From Lytechinus pictus (Eukaryota), in NCBI RefSeq assembly GCF_037042905.1, contig NC_087245.1, positions 43,898,001 through 43,962,000 of the forward strand: a stretch of 64,000 nt of DNA, written 5' to 3'. A program made the position numbers and the translations under genes. Below are positions 63,735 through 64,000 of the stretch, piece after piece (the stretch's first letter is position 1; every line of letters starts with the position of its first letter). Below the pieces are notes generated by a model. The model worked only from the letters and a program-made list of their open reading frames with translations, was not told the DNA's origin and did no database searches.

Positions 63735-64000
63735 GAAGGAAACGAGCACTCTGATTTGTCAGGACAATGATGCATGCGTTCTGAGAAAACACTCTGAACA
63801 GAAACACACAGCATTCTTGATTGGCAGCCCTGGCTTTCCATAGTTGTCTGATCGATCACAGCTCTTTGTTGGATGGGGTCTTGATGAGGATCCCACTAAT
63901 TTGAGTGTGTATGACAGGTGAATCCACTAAGGAAATTAAAAGCATTTCATTTCTCATTTGTTTTGTTTTCATCTTGATCAGGAGATGGCAGCATTGATTT

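Noticed and set aside
63945..64000. Possible last codons of a convergent minus-strand gene (KSMLPSPDQDENKTNEK*)
   Set aside because: Too short and at the window edge, with no independent evidence.

Overview
AT-rich, intron-containing animal genomic DNA. The repeat landscape suggests a marine invertebrate, probably a sea urchin; this is inference. One host gene is recognisable: a + strand somatomedin-B (SMB) domain, class-B/Methuselah-like 7TM GPCR with coding exons at 50635-53051 and 54797-55048. Its 5' signal-peptide exon was not identified. Almost everything else is nested mobile DNA: LINE fragments (L2-like, RTEX-like, and a 5'-truncated L1/Tx1 with a TSD), an LTR-less Ty3/gypsy gag-pol, many MITEs (TA, TWA, TTAA and 6-8 bp TSD classes), Helentron-type elements with internal tandem arrays, and a tRNA-derived SINE. 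The most unusual structure is a ~9-kb element at 29871-38887. It has ~150-bp LTRs, a PBS and a PPT, and one reconstructable ~850-aa ORF with a Gag-like N-terminus and acidic/Pro repeats but no pol. A 4.25-kb foldback transposon carrying about 18 RFX X-box palindromes (GTTGCCATGGCAAC) has inserted into that ORF. All family assignments come from motif recognition by eye, not database searches.
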